A stretch of DNA of 26,319 nt from a virus (taxonomy: Duplodnaviria > Caudoviricetes): positions 1 through 26,319 of IMG/VR virus record IMGVR_UViG_3300032266_000279, one strand, 5' to 3'. Made by a program: the position numbers and the translations under genes. The notes beneath the pieces were generated by a model. The model made no database searches, was not told where the DNA came from, and worked only from the letters and a program-made list of their open reading frames with translations. Shown piece by piece: positions 16,226-24,683 of the stretch (position 1 is its first letter; each line of letters begins with the position of its first letter).

Positions 16226-16665
16226 AATTCAGCGAGGATCTTTGCTTTCTTGGCCTCGGGCAAATCTGGGTGAATTACCGCAACCCGGTTGCCCCGACGG
16301 ATAAGCACGGCAGGTTTTTCATCGCGGATCCACGCTTTCAGCCGCACCATGTTATCGCGAAAAAGCCGCATGTAAGAAATCGGGTGCTCAGGGTTTTGGT
16401 CGCACCACTCGCGAGAGTTCCACGAATTTCGGAACTCCTGAAACTCCATTTTTTTGCCGTTGAAATCAGCAATTTTGCCGCTGTCGATGTGATACGTCAT
16501 CGTCTGTCGCGGCCCTTGCTCGGAGTCCTCAACGGTCCATGAGTACGGATCCTCCTGCAATAAACTGCCGCCACAAGTCAACCAGGCTCCGATGAGGTCG
16601 GTGTTAGGTGACTTGAGCGGGTGCAGGTTGTCTTTTATAAAATCAATGGTCTGTCCAATCTTCAT
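16222..16665 (-). CDS. Hypothetical protein (147 aa)
   Basis: Fills the gap. ATGA-type overlap with the chaperone. Confidence 0.75.
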   Translation of the reverse strand: MKIGQTIDFIKDNLHPLKSPNTDLIGAWLTCGGSLLQEDPYSWTVEDSEQGPRQTMTYHIDSGKIADFNGKKMEFQEFRNSWNSREWCDQNPEHPISYMRLFRDNMVRLKAWIRDEKPAVLIRRGNRVAVIHPDLPEAKKAKILAEL

Positions 16666-16685
16666 AAATACTTCTAATCTAGCAA

Positions 16686-16994
16686 TTAGGTAGCGTGCAC
16701 GTAGCCTGTGCCCGAGTAACTAAATCCGTTCCAATCCTCGTTGGATTCCGAGTTTGTGGCATTTGTGATGATAATTTTTCCAGTCACGCCAGTCGGTGCG
16801 CCCGTGCTGCCTCCAGCGGACACAGGGCAGGTACCTTTACCTTTGACGGTAAACGAATAGGAATCATCAACACTACGAGCCGCAGAATGATGACCATCCG
16901 ACGTGATAAGTTGTTTGAGGTCGGCTTTATGCTCAACGTCAACAGACTCAATCAACGTGCCTGTGATTTTAGTAATTCCAAAAGTTGAAGGCAT
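16686..16994 (-). CDS. Putative tail tube-like protein 2 (102 aa)
   Basis: Ser/Thr/Gly-rich beta pattern, paralogous to the upstream gene, in the tail tube position. Confidence 0.6.
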   Translation of the reverse strand: MPSTFGITKITGTLIESVDVEHKADLKQLITSDGHHSAARSVDDSYSFTVKGKGTCPVSAGGSTGAPTGVTGKIIITNATNSESNEDWNGFSYSGTGYVHAT

Positions 16995-17000
16995 AATTTT

Positions 17001-17300
17001 TTAAAGGTAAAGTGTTCCCGTGATTTCGCTTGTGGAGAAGTCGTCGTTGCTCTGCGAGAACTTAGAACTCGTGATTGAGAGCGCGGTAAAGTTTCCAGTC
17101 ACAACCGTAGATAAGCCCGCGTCGCCCTTGGTCTTGACGTTAACGGTTGTCGTGCTGCGCGGCTTGGGAATCGCCTCAGCAATTTGCCCCAATTCGTTTT
17201 TGATCGTTGCCACTTCTACATCCACCGATTCTTCAGAAGATTGAAGATATCCGGTCGGAGCGGTTAATCCAAATGTGCCTAATACGCCAAATGATGCCAT
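17001..17300 (-). CDS. Putative tail tube-like protein 1 (99 aa, MASFGVLGTFGLT...)
   Basis: Start at ATG 17300 after TAA-TTTT. Paralog of the downstream gene. Confidence 0.6.
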   Translation of the reverse strand: MASFGVLGTFGLTAPTGYLQSSEESVDVEVATIKNELGQIAEAIPKPRSTTTVNVKTKGDAGLSTVVTGNFTALSITSSKFSQSNDDFSTSEITGTLYL

Positions 17301-17304
17301 AAAA

Positions 17305-17682
17305 TTAAACAGGTGAAAATCCAACTATGTACTGCAATGGTGTCTGCCAGTGTCGCTCGGCGTGCGCGGAATCATCTGATACCGCTACAATGCCAGCGAG
17401 CTGCACGACGGGTGACCTAATCGAAATGGTGCGCATAAACGAATCCACGGCCGCTACAAACGCAAGGTGAGCCGCTGGCGTTGTGTCGTCGGCTTGCGAA
17501 ACTGCAATGACGGTTAACTGCCCGCGCCCAAGCGGCGAGCCAACAACGGAGTCCGAGCGGAGCTGCAACAAAATGGCTGGCGAGGTCACGCGCTCGTTGT
17601 CCTGCGGCTCCCCGACGTAAACGTCGGGAAACTCTAACTTGAGCGCGTCTGCAATGGCTGCGGATAGGATGCCGCCAATCAT
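17305..17682 (-). CDS. Putative tail terminator / completion protein (125 aa, MIGGILSAAIADAL...)
   Basis: ATGA overlap at 17679-17682. 'FPDVYVGE...PAILL' is a terminator-like pattern, and synteny agrees. Confidence 0.6.
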   Translation of the reverse strand: MIGGILSAAIADALKLEFPDVYVGEPQDNERVTSPAILLQLRSDSVVGSPLGRGQLTVIAVSQADDTTPAAHLAFVAAVDSFMRTISIRSPVVQLAGIVAVSDDSAHAERHWQTPLQYIVGFSPV

Positions 17683-17981
17683 CGGGAGACGTCCTCCAAA
17701 TAGATGCTCCATGCAGTCGGATGATCCGCTGTACGCACAATACGACGCTCGATGCCCCGGATGGTCAAGCGGTCGCCTTTCTGCGGTGTTGGAAAGCCAC
17801 GTTTTTGCATGTAGATTTCGCAACTGATATGCGTTTCAAACCCGCCAAAATTAAGAACTTCGGACGTGTTAGTTTCGTTGATCACGCCCTTGTAAGTGTT
17901 TCCAAGGTAGTCAAATTCCTCGCCCATAAAGTCGAGACTCTGGGCGAGTGCATTAGCTGCGGTATCAAACCACATTCCCAT
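17679..17981 (-). CDS. Head-tail joining protein (gpFII-like)
   Basis: 'MGEEF.Y......G' and 'PQKGDRLTIRG..RRI' pattern, plus synteny. Confidence 0.7.
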   Translation of the reverse strand: MGMWFDTAANALAQSLDFMGEEFDYLGNTYKGVINETNTSEVLNFGGFETHISCEIYMQKRGFPTPQKGDRLTIRGIERRIVRTADHPTAWSIYLEDVSR

Positions 17982-18181
17982 TAGTCGGTTTTCTTGCGCT
18001 TGGCAGCGGGTGCCACAGGCTGCGGCTTGTTGCGTTTTTCGCGGTCAGGTTCGGCTAGAATAAACAGTCGAATCAAGCCGGCGTCGTCGCATGCCTTGTA
18101 AAGTTCGACTGCCTCGCCGTAATTGTCGGAGGTCAAAATCACTTCGTTGTCGCGGGTGACGATTGTCAGTTTTGCGCTCAT
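17981..18181 (-). CDS. Small hypothetical protein after the capsid gene (66 aa)
   Basis: Basic C-terminal tail. 1-nt overlap with the next gene. Confidence 0.7.
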   Translation of the reverse strand: MSAKLTIVTRDNEVILTSDNYGEAVELYKACDDAGLIRLFILAEPDREKRNKPQPVAPAAKRKKTD

Positions 18182-18196
18182 AATTGGGGATAGTTC

Positions 18197-18227
18197 AAAG
18201 GGGCGAGGGTTATTAAGCCCCCGCCCC
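18197..18227 (-). terminator. Intrinsic terminator-like hairpin after the capsid gene
   Basis: GGGGCGGGGGC-TTAATA-ACCCTCGCCCC-TTT. The U tract is short, so it is probably leaky. Confidence 0.65.
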
Positions 18228-18247
18228 GATTAAGTTTACGATTAAGT

Positions 18248-19132
18248 TTACTGAGAAACAATACGCACGCCCATTTCAGAGCGCCCCTTCTGAACGCCAA
18301 ATAGTACACCTAGGGAATACCATAATTCTGCTTGGCGATTATCATACGCCCTTCTCATTTGTACGGGCAGGTTGATGCCAGGTACAACAACGTCAGCGAT
18401 TTCGGTGCCGGTCTGTACAGCGCCATCAGCGTTAACGCTGCGAGCGGCCATCAAGAGCGCGGATTTATGGAACGCAAACCCTGCGAGGTATTCGCCGTTT
18501 GCGTCTGCCAACGTGCTTTCGTAGACATCAAACCCAGCAACGCGAGGAATGAAGCCTTCAGCTTTTTGCGCAATGAAGCCGGGAAACTCAGCCGTGTTCA
18601 ACGACTTGAGCAGGCTAGCAAAATACGCTGGCGAGAGAACCACCGCGCGCCCCTGTTGAGGAGCGCCAGCAAGGTTAAGCTGCGCACGAAGGTCGGCGAG
18701 GTCGTTGCGGTCGAAGTTTGCGGCCGTCGAAGTCAGCGGAGTCGAGGTAAAGTTTGCTGCGGTAATCAGATTCCACAATGCGCCAAACACGCTCTCACCA
18801 ACGGCTTGCATTGCTGGCTGCACAAATAAATCGTTGAGGTTGATGGAAGATTTAGAACGCTCAAGATCGTTGAACCCGTAGACAAATCCGGGGTAACTAT
18901 CCAGCGTGATGGTCTTTGCAACCGTCTGAACGCCAGTGCTAGAAAACCCGGAGGAAAGATCCTGAGCTGTGACGTTTACGGGATAACGAGTTGTGATGGA
19001 TGCGCCACGGTCAGCGATTTCAGAAGAGAAATCGTAGGTGATGCCGCCGAGTGGAGCGAATAAGGCTTGAAGTGCAGGAAGTGATTCCTGTGCGATTTGA
19101 GCGAGGTTTACACCTGCGATTGTGTTGGACAT
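18248..19132 (-). CDS. Major capsid protein (HK97 fold, 294 aa)
   Basis: Position. 'GRAVVLSPAYFASLL', 'RVAGFDVYES' and 'AFHKSALLMAAR' resemble P22-coat-like capsid motifs. Confidence 0.85.
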   Translation of the reverse strand: MSNTIAGVNLAQIAQESLPALQALFAPLGGITYDFSSEIADRGASITTRYPVNVTAQDLSSGFSSTGVQTVAKTITLDSYPGFVYGFNDLERSKSSINLNDLFVQPAMQAVGESVFGALWNLITAANFTSTPLTSTAANFDRNDLADLRAQLNLAGAPQQGRAVVLSPAYFASLLKSLNTAEFPGFIAQKAEGFIPRVAGFDVYESTLADANGEYLAGFAFHKSALLMAARSVNADGAVQTGTEIADVVVPGINLPVQMRRAYDNRQAELWYSLGVLFGVQKGRSEMGVRIVSQ

Positions 19133-19153
19133 ATAGTGTTAGTTTAGAGTGGT

Positions 19154-19543
19154 TTAGCTGCGGAGGGTGTCACGATGCTTCGTATAAAATTCGTTACGTG
19201 CTTCAACGGGAAGCGCGTTGTATTCGGCCCAAAGTTCCTTTGCCGTCTTCGGTGCGCCTTCAGCCGCAATGATTGCGACGGGCTCTACTCCAAGATTTGC
19301 GACAATCGCATTAGCCTTAGCAGCGGCATCGAGTTCGGCAGCGGCCATAGTTGCGAGCGTTGCGGTGTGCTCGGCGGTAAGCGATTGGAACGCCAACACT
19401 GCTGCGCTTAGGTCGGCCTGCGTTGCAGATAGTGCGGCTAAAGTGGCCGTGTGTTCTGCGGTGAGCGCGTTAAACGCCTGCGCGTCAGCACGGGCGACAG
19501 TCAGCGCCTCAAGCGCCTCGGCGAGGGTATTAGGAAGCTCCAT
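19154..19543 (-). CDS. Scaffold-like coiled-coil protein (129 aa, MELPNTLAEAL...)
   Basis: Ala-rich with a duplicated 'LTAEHTATLA', between the protease and capsid genes. Start follows the TGCTTTAC motif. Confidence 0.7.
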   Translation of the reverse strand: MELPNTLAEALEALTVARADAQAFNALTAEHTATLAALSATQADLSAAVLAFQSLTAEHTATLATMAAAELDAAAKANAIVANLGVEPVAIIAAEGAPKTAKELWAEYNALPVEARNEFYTKHRDTLRS

Positions 19544-19603
19544 ATACCAATGCCCGCGACGTAAAGCAAAAACACCGCGCGAGCGTGGAACTCGGGCGGC
19601 GGT
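19544..19603 (-). promoter_or_regulatory. Hairpin + TGCTTTAC element, copy C
   Basis: ACCGC...GCGGT stem, then GTTTT-TGCTTTAC (19568-19561), then 17 nt to ATG 19543. Confidence 0.7.
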
Positions 19604-19628
19604 TAAGGTGAAATGAAGGACATCAACG

Positions 19629-20450
19629 CTAACCCACAAGCGCCAACAGTCGCGCGTAGGCTAACTCTTCAGTGGCTACCTTGTCAATCAATTTGTTTAA
19701 CAGTGCGCGGCTTGCAAGAAACGCCTGTCCGCGCATTGCCTCGGCGGGCACGTTTCGGTTTCGCAACACGTTAGAGCGAAAGAGTTCAAAGTTGTCTTGG
19801 ACGTACTCGGTGAGCGACGCACGTTGAGCAGCCGTAAGCTCCGGCCCCATCATCGCGCCCTTAAGATCGCCCTCGGCGTTGGTTATTGGATCCCATTCCA
19901 TGCCCTCCTCAGCCCACATTGCGGACGTTGAAATCCACGGAATGATGGCCCCGATGCTGCCCACGGTTGCGCTTGGTGACGCCCAGATTTCGCGGCATGA
20001 CACAGCGATGTTGTACGCCGCAGAGCACGCAAGCCCATCGGTGTAGGCGAGTGTTGGGATCTGGCGCGAGATTACTTGCAGCGCGTCGGCCACTTCAGAA
20101 TTGCCATTACAAGCGCCGCCGGGAGAATCAATCTCCAGCCAAATTCCACGGCAGCGTGCCTCCATAGCGGCTTCAAGCTCGTCCTCAATGTCTTCATAAT
20201 CGGTTGCGCCACAGCATTTTTCTATAGGGGAAATATCGCGTGCCAATGTGCCGCAAATCTCGATGTGCGCAATGCCGTTAGCGTCAATGGTCATCTCCTC
20301 GCGAGGATTTACCATCATGCTCATGTCTGGCATTTCGTGGTAATCGCCGTTAATGCGAGGCTTCAAGATGCGATCGATTGCCGCAAATCCCGCAGGGGAA
20401 ATAAACCACGGTTCGCCGTAAACTTTTGAAATAATGCGGGAAAAGCTCAT
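19629..20450 (-). CDS. Head maturation protease, peptidase S49 (lambda gpC/SppA-like)
   Basis: LEIDSPGG, ACSAAYNIA, VGSIGAI motifs. Confidence 0.92.
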   Translation of the reverse strand: MSFSRIISKVYGEPWFISPAGFAAIDRILKPRINGDYHEMPDMSMMVNPREEMTIDANGIAHIEICGTLARDISPIEKCCGATDYEDIEDELEAAMEARCRGIWLEIDSPGGACNGNSEVADALQVISRQIPTLAYTDGLACSAAYNIAVSCREIWASPSATVGSIGAIIPWISTSAMWAEEGMEWDPITNAEGDLKGAMMGPELTAAQRASLTEYVQDNFELFRSNVLRNRNVPAEAMRGQAFLASRALLNKLIDKVATEELAYARLLALVG

Positions 20451-21937
20451 GGAGTTGGTAGCATGTCAGGCGGTTGCCCGTTAGGTGTGAGGATCCCGAA
20501 AACACTTCGTGGCAGATTACTGCGCTCCATGCGTGCGCGGATATTAAGCTCGTCTTGCTCGATGGCGTCGAGGTGCTCGTCAATCGTCAGCCCACCCTCG
20601 CCCAGGATCTCGGACATTGAACGCATGCCCGCACGATAACCTTCAATAGCGTCTCGCGAGGCGTAGCCGCTGTCAGCGGTAAGGCGTGGAGGCGAAGTAA
20701 AACGGAACTGGTATGCGCCTCCCTTGTCTTTGTCCGCACCTTTGTAAGCTGGGAGCAACCCAAGCTCAACAGCGCGAGCCACTGCAAAAGCACAACGCCG
20801 TTTGCACGCCTGCGATAGGTATTGATGCCGATCGGACGTTACGCGGTTGACTTGTTCCAACACAATCCGAGCGTTAGCCCCGCCCATTTTGTCGAGCCCC
20901 CAAACGTATTCCACGGGCCAGCCCATCGCAAGGCACGCGTGTTTGATAAGACGCTCTTGCAATCGGTCTTGTGCCTCGGACGGAATCTCCGACTTAAGCT
21001 GCGTTACGCTTTCGCCTGGTTGAAAATATTGGATTGTGCCGCCCTGCATTTGTTCCATTCGGATGCCAGTCGGATTGATAGACGCCTGCTCGGAAAGCGC
21101 GTAAGCGGGATCGCTAACGTCGGCGATGCCCGTCTGGTTGGTAACGACTAGGCCGATTTTAGCGGCCATCTGCGACGCAACGCGGATATCGTTTCCGAGC
21201 GTTGCCAAACACCGAAGGTCGAGAATGGCTGGCGCGAGTGCCGAGATACCGCGAGCCTGTCCGACTTCGCGCGGATCACGGGTTAATTGTGCAGCTGTTG
21301 ATGGAATGTCGCGGTCATCTGCGGGTGTCTTGCCGAGAACTCGATACGCCACAGCCCGACCGAGACGCGAGAGGATGACGCCGTTGACCATTTCAAGCCC
21401 GGCGTATGGGCCTTCAGTCAGCGGCCCCGTCATAAGATCCCGCACGCCCATTTGATGCCACGGCACCTGTTGAAGCTGCGGGAAGCCCGTTGCAGTGGTC
21501 GTCAAAATTGTTAACATGTCGCCGTCGCGGTCGATGCCGACGGACTCAAGGAATAACCCATCCCACCACGAAGAGCCGTCAACGTAGCAGATTTGCATCC
21601 AATCGTTTAGCCAAGCCTCGGCGAGTTTGCCCCATGCCTTATCTTCGCCCGTAAAAATTGGACGCATGGCCTTGCCGATTGTCAGAAATGCCCGCTGATC
21701 AATCGCCCCGTTGACCACGCCCACGTTCCAATAAAGCTTTCGCGCTGCGCTTGTTAGCGTGCGCCATTCACCGACGGGTAACTCTTGGTTAATCCCTTGC
21801 GTGTGATTCTGTTGAAATGGTTGCAGCCCCCACGCTCCGCCTTCCACAAGTCGCTGGCGACGATATACATCATATTCCGAGCGCACGCTTGGCACGGTCG
21901 GTTTGAAAAGTGTTTTGAGTCGTTGCAACAGGCTCAT
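20447..21937 (-). CDS. Portal protein, lambda family
   Basis: 'DRDGD', 'GRAVAYRV', 'GQARGISALAP', 'GTIQYFQPGE'; 496 aa; synteny. Confidence 0.9.
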   Translation of the reverse strand: MSLLQRLKTLFKPTVPSVRSEYDVYRRQRLVEGGAWGLQPFQQNHTQGINQELPVGEWRTLTSAARKLYWNVGVVNGAIDQRAFLTIGKAMRPIFTGEDKAWGKLAEAWLNDWMQICYVDGSSWWDGLFLESVGIDRDGDMLTILTTTATGFPQLQQVPWHQMGVRDLMTGPLTEGPYAGLEMVNGVILSRLGRAVAYRVLGKTPADDRDIPSTAAQLTRDPREVGQARGISALAPAILDLRCLATLGNDIRVASQMAAKIGLVVTNQTGIADVSDPAYALSEQASINPTGIRMEQMQGGTIQYFQPGESVTQLKSEIPSEAQDRLQERLIKHACLAMGWPVEYVWGLDKMGGANARIVLEQVNRVTSDRHQYLSQACKRRCAFAVARAVELGLLPAYKGADKDKGGAYQFRFTSPPRLTADSGYASRDAIEGYRAGMRSMSEILGEGGLTIDEHLDAIEQDELNIRARMERSNLPRSVFGILTPNGQPPDMLPTP

Positions 21938-22200
21938 ACAAATCGTGCGGTCGTCCGCGTTACAGGTGCGCAGATCCCGCGCTCCTTGTGCTCAATCGCG
22001 GTCTGCGCGTACATTTGAATATCCAGCGCACTAAGTATCGTCCCGATACCAAAGGTAAACGAAGAGCCGTTGACTGTGGACCCGATTAGAACCCCTTGCC
22101 CGCCAACGCTTAAATCAAAGCGCCCATCCCGCAACTCGTAAAGCTCCTCGGTAGACCGGGAGAGAAAGACTTTGAGAATGATGCGAAAAACAGCCGTCAC
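21934..22200 (-). CDS. Head completion protein at the gpW position (88 aa, GTG start)
   Basis: Lies between terminase and portal. 'STVNGSSFTF' beta hairpin. GTG is 15 nt after the TGCTTTAC motif. Confidence 0.65.
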   Translation of the reverse strand: MTAVFRIILKVFLSRSTEELYELRDGRFDLSVGGQGVLIGSTVNGSSFTFGIGTILSALDIQMYAQTAIEHKERGICAPVTRTTARFV

Positions 22201-22256
22201 AATAATAAGCCCAGCGTAAAGCAAAAGGGGCGCGGGCCAATGACCTCCCGCGCCCC
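22201..22256 (-). promoter_or_regulatory. Hairpin + TGCTTTAC element, copy B (terminator-like)
   Basis: Perfect 10-bp stem GGGGCGCGGG/CCCGCGCCCC, then TTT-TGCTTTAC (22223-22216), then 15 nt to GTG 22200. Confidence 0.75.
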
Positions 22257-22282
22257 CAAACAAAAACAACCCAGCCCAGAGA

Positions 22283-24064
22283 CTACTCGGTTGCCTGCGG
22301 TTCGTCAACAACATCCTCGCTAAGATCCGGCAACGCGCCTAACATCATGGCAACGACAACCTGCATTGCCTCGCAGTCCCAAAGGTGATTCGGTCGATGG
22401 GTTTTTGTCCACCGTTTGCGGGTACGTTTGGTGATTTTGTCCACCACGTCGCGTTTCCGCTCACTGTTAAGATGCAACAGGTACTCACGCGGCACGTCGT
22501 GTGGAAACTCCCACGTAGGCGAGCCGATGGTGCGCAGGCGAGCCAGGACGTCTTTAACCGGGTCCGACGCCCAATGAAAAAAAAGCACCATTGCAGAGCG
22601 GCCTGTCTGTTTGCTCTTAGTCGTGGGCGCCGGGACGTAATCTGGCTTGGAAAACAACCGTCGCACCGTCCGGCCTTGTTTGTTTTTGCTGGAAAACCAA
22701 TCCTCGCCGCGTCCAATGAGCGCCGTCCATCCGTACTGTGCGCAGCGGTCGTACACAACGCCGTGAAACGAATTGCCCGCATCCATGCACGTTTTTTTGT
22801 CTGCGACTTTGTAGCGCGTTTGGATCTCGCGCAATTTGTCGAGCGTTAGCACGCGCCCGCAATAAAGCAGCCGAGATGTCCCAGAATTTGTCCACGCTCG
22901 GATAACCGCCCAGTAATGGTCCTGTTGAACGTCGATGGTCATCAACCGGATCATCTCGTCTGCAATCTGCCGCCCATCCTCCATGTCGGCAGCGTTGTAG
23001 TCAGCGGCTTCCATCTCAACGCTCGGCAACTCCAGTTCTTTTGGCCACGGTTGCGCCAGTTTCTTCATTTTGAAATCCTTGAGCGGTTCCAGCAACCCCA
23101 AGTGCTTGGCGTCGTTTGCGCGGACCCAGCTAATAACGAGATCCGCCCATTTGATCCACCACACGCACTGCGCGGGTAGCCAGTAACTAACATGCCCGTC
23201 CATTGCGTCGCCATCCTCAGCCACCCAGCGTGAGCGGTCAGCTAGTGCGCGGCGTGCCTGCGTTGTGTCAGCGGTAACGTGCTCGCAGTGCGGACAGACG
23301 TGCCGCACGGACGCGGACAACGCGCCCCATTGCCACTCGCCGTGCTCGTTTTTGACCTCGTCGTATTTGTAGTTTGTCCAGTCCGGCTTAACTAATTTCC
23401 CGCACGCTGAGCAGTCAAACGCCCAGTAGTGCCGCTTACCGGCGTCCCATTCATCATCTAGCTGATGCGGTTCCTCGTGCGCCTGTGATACAATGACTGT
23501 CTTGCGGTCGAATCGGTCGTGGTGGCGTGCTTTGAACTGGCCGATGAGATTTGAGTAGGTCCACGCTTCGTCGAGGAAGAGGTGCTTAACGGATTTTTCC
23601 TGCGCGTTGGACACGTTTGCCCCGCCCGCCATCATCGCGAGGTGAGGAAAAATTATCGCATCCTTACGCATTTTAAACCGATTACTCGGCATTAGCGCCT
23701 TTACGGGCGGGCAGGCGTGCAGTACTGGCAGCAACCGTTGCTCCATCCAATCCACCGCCGTTTGATCCGTTTGCGTAATAAACAAACTCGGCCCCGGATC
23801 ATGCGCGACAATCAGCGTTGATAGCGCCTCAAGTAGCGTTGATTTGCCTGCGCCCGTGCACGCGCGCACGTAGATTTGTCGCGTCCTCGGGTTGGAAAAC
23901 TCGCCGATGACGTCATTCCACCACGGGCCTTGTTGCCGGGTAAACCGCGTGCTGCGTGCCGAGTGTGGGAATTGGACGTGCTCCTCTAGCCAGTCCAGCG
24001 GGTTGCCGAGATAAGGAAGGTGGATGCCTTTTGAGAAACCGGATAATAATTGCTGCGCCGCCAT
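22283..24064 (-). CDS. Terminase large subunit, lambda GpA family
   Basis: Walker A ACTGAGKST, Walker B LFLDE, CxxC zinc pairs, nuclease 'TIDVQ' and 'NHLWDC'. Start set at ATG 24064 (track gives 24133). Confidence 0.93.
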   Translation of the reverse strand: MAAQQLLSGFSKGIHLPYLGNPLDWLEEHVQFPHSARSTRFTRQQGPWWNDVIGEFSNPRTRQIYVRACTGAGKSTLLEALSTLIVAHDPGPSLFITQTDQTAVDWMEQRLLPVLHACPPVKALMPSNRFKMRKDAIIFPHLAMMAGGANVSNAQEKSVKHLFLDEAWTYSNLIGQFKARHHDRFDRKTVIVSQAHEEPHQLDDEWDAGKRHYWAFDCSACGKLVKPDWTNYKYDEVKNEHGEWQWGALSASVRHVCPHCEHVTADTTQARRALADRSRWVAEDGDAMDGHVSYWLPAQCVWWIKWADLVISWVRANDAKHLGLLEPLKDFKMKKLAQPWPKELELPSVEMEAADYNAADMEDGRQIADEMIRLMTIDVQQDHYWAVIRAWTNSGTSRLLYCGRVLTLDKLREIQTRYKVADKKTCMDAGNSFHGVVYDRCAQYGWTALIGRGEDWFSSKNKQGRTVRRLFSKPDYVPAPTTKSKQTGRSAMVLFFHWASDPVKDVLARLRTIGSPTWEFPHDVPREYLLHLNSERKRDVVDKITKRTRKRWTKTHRPNHLWDCEAMQVVVAMMLGALPDLSEDVVDEPQATE

Positions 24065-24117
24065 ACAATAGCGTGCGCTGTAAAGCAAACAACCCGCAGC
24101 AGTTAAGCGGCGGGCTG
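24065..24117 (-). promoter_or_regulatory. Hairpin + TGCTTTAC element, copy A
   Basis: CAGCCCGC/GCGGGUUG stem (the G-U pair works only on the minus strand), motif at 24087-24080, 15 nt to ATG 24064. Confidence 0.7.
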
Positions 24118-24125
24118 TGGTTGCG

Positions 24126-24683
24126 TCACGCAATAGGTTCTTGTAATCGTCGCACCGTAGCTTGTAGCAACTGTGTCCATCGTGCCGTTAATCTTTCGCC
24201 AATTGTTATCTCATCCAACCCCGCCAGTTGCCCGCGCAGGTCGCTTATCATGGCCTGTCCCTCGGAGCAAAGCACGGACGCAATCGTTTGATTTGCTTCA
24301 GCCGCCGCCGTCACCGAAATAAGTTCTCTTCGAATTCGTTGCACTTCCATTTCCAACCGCTCGCATTCAAGTAGCGTTTTACGCAGCTTGGCGTCCGTCA
24401 GGTTCTCGGGTAACTTGGTTGCTAGCTGCGCCGCTCTCCATGCGTCAATTTCCTCAATGCTCGACAGCGGACACCCGGCCTTGCCCCACTTGATAATTGC
24501 AACATGCGACACACCGTAATGCGATGCAAGTTCGCGCGTCGTCTTCGGTGGTTCTTGTCCGCGCTGATAAGCAGCAAGCTGGTCTTGCTCACGCTTGGTT
24601 ATGGTGTCGCCACGATTTAACTTTGCAAGGATATTTGCAACCTGCTTTTTAGCAGCTTGTTCAATCAGATTTATTTTAGCCAT
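24126..24683 (-). CDS. Terminase small subunit (Nu1-like)
   Basis: HTH 'TTRELASHYGVSHVAIIKWGKAGCP' plus coiled coil 'AKLRK...ERLEME...RELIS'. Directly upstream of TerL. Confidence 0.82.
   Translation of the reverse strand: MAKINLIEQAAKKQVANILAKLNRGDTITKREQDQLAAYQRGQEPPKTTRELASHYGVSHVAIIKWGKAGCPLSSIEEIDAWRAAQLATKLPENLTDAKLRKTLLECERLEMEVQRIRRELISVTAAAEANQTIASVLCSEGQAMISDLRGQLAGLDEITIGERLTARWTQLLQATVRRLQEPIA

Noticed and set aside
5492-17300. Genome-wide stop-codon reassignment suggested by in-frame TAA junctions
   Set aside because: TAA, TAG and TGA all end genes, often followed by out-of-frame starts, and core genes are full length under code 11.
22201-22240. TTGC in the repeated element as a sigma54 -12 box
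   Set aside because: No conserved TGGCAC/GG at the required -24 spacing across the four copies.
24065-24133. Extended N-termini in the ORF track for TerL (also 22314, 19639, 10686, 17823, 17324, 2621)
   Set aside because: The extensions run through hairpins, promoters or upstream genes. Internal starts fit the conserved spacing or overlaps better.
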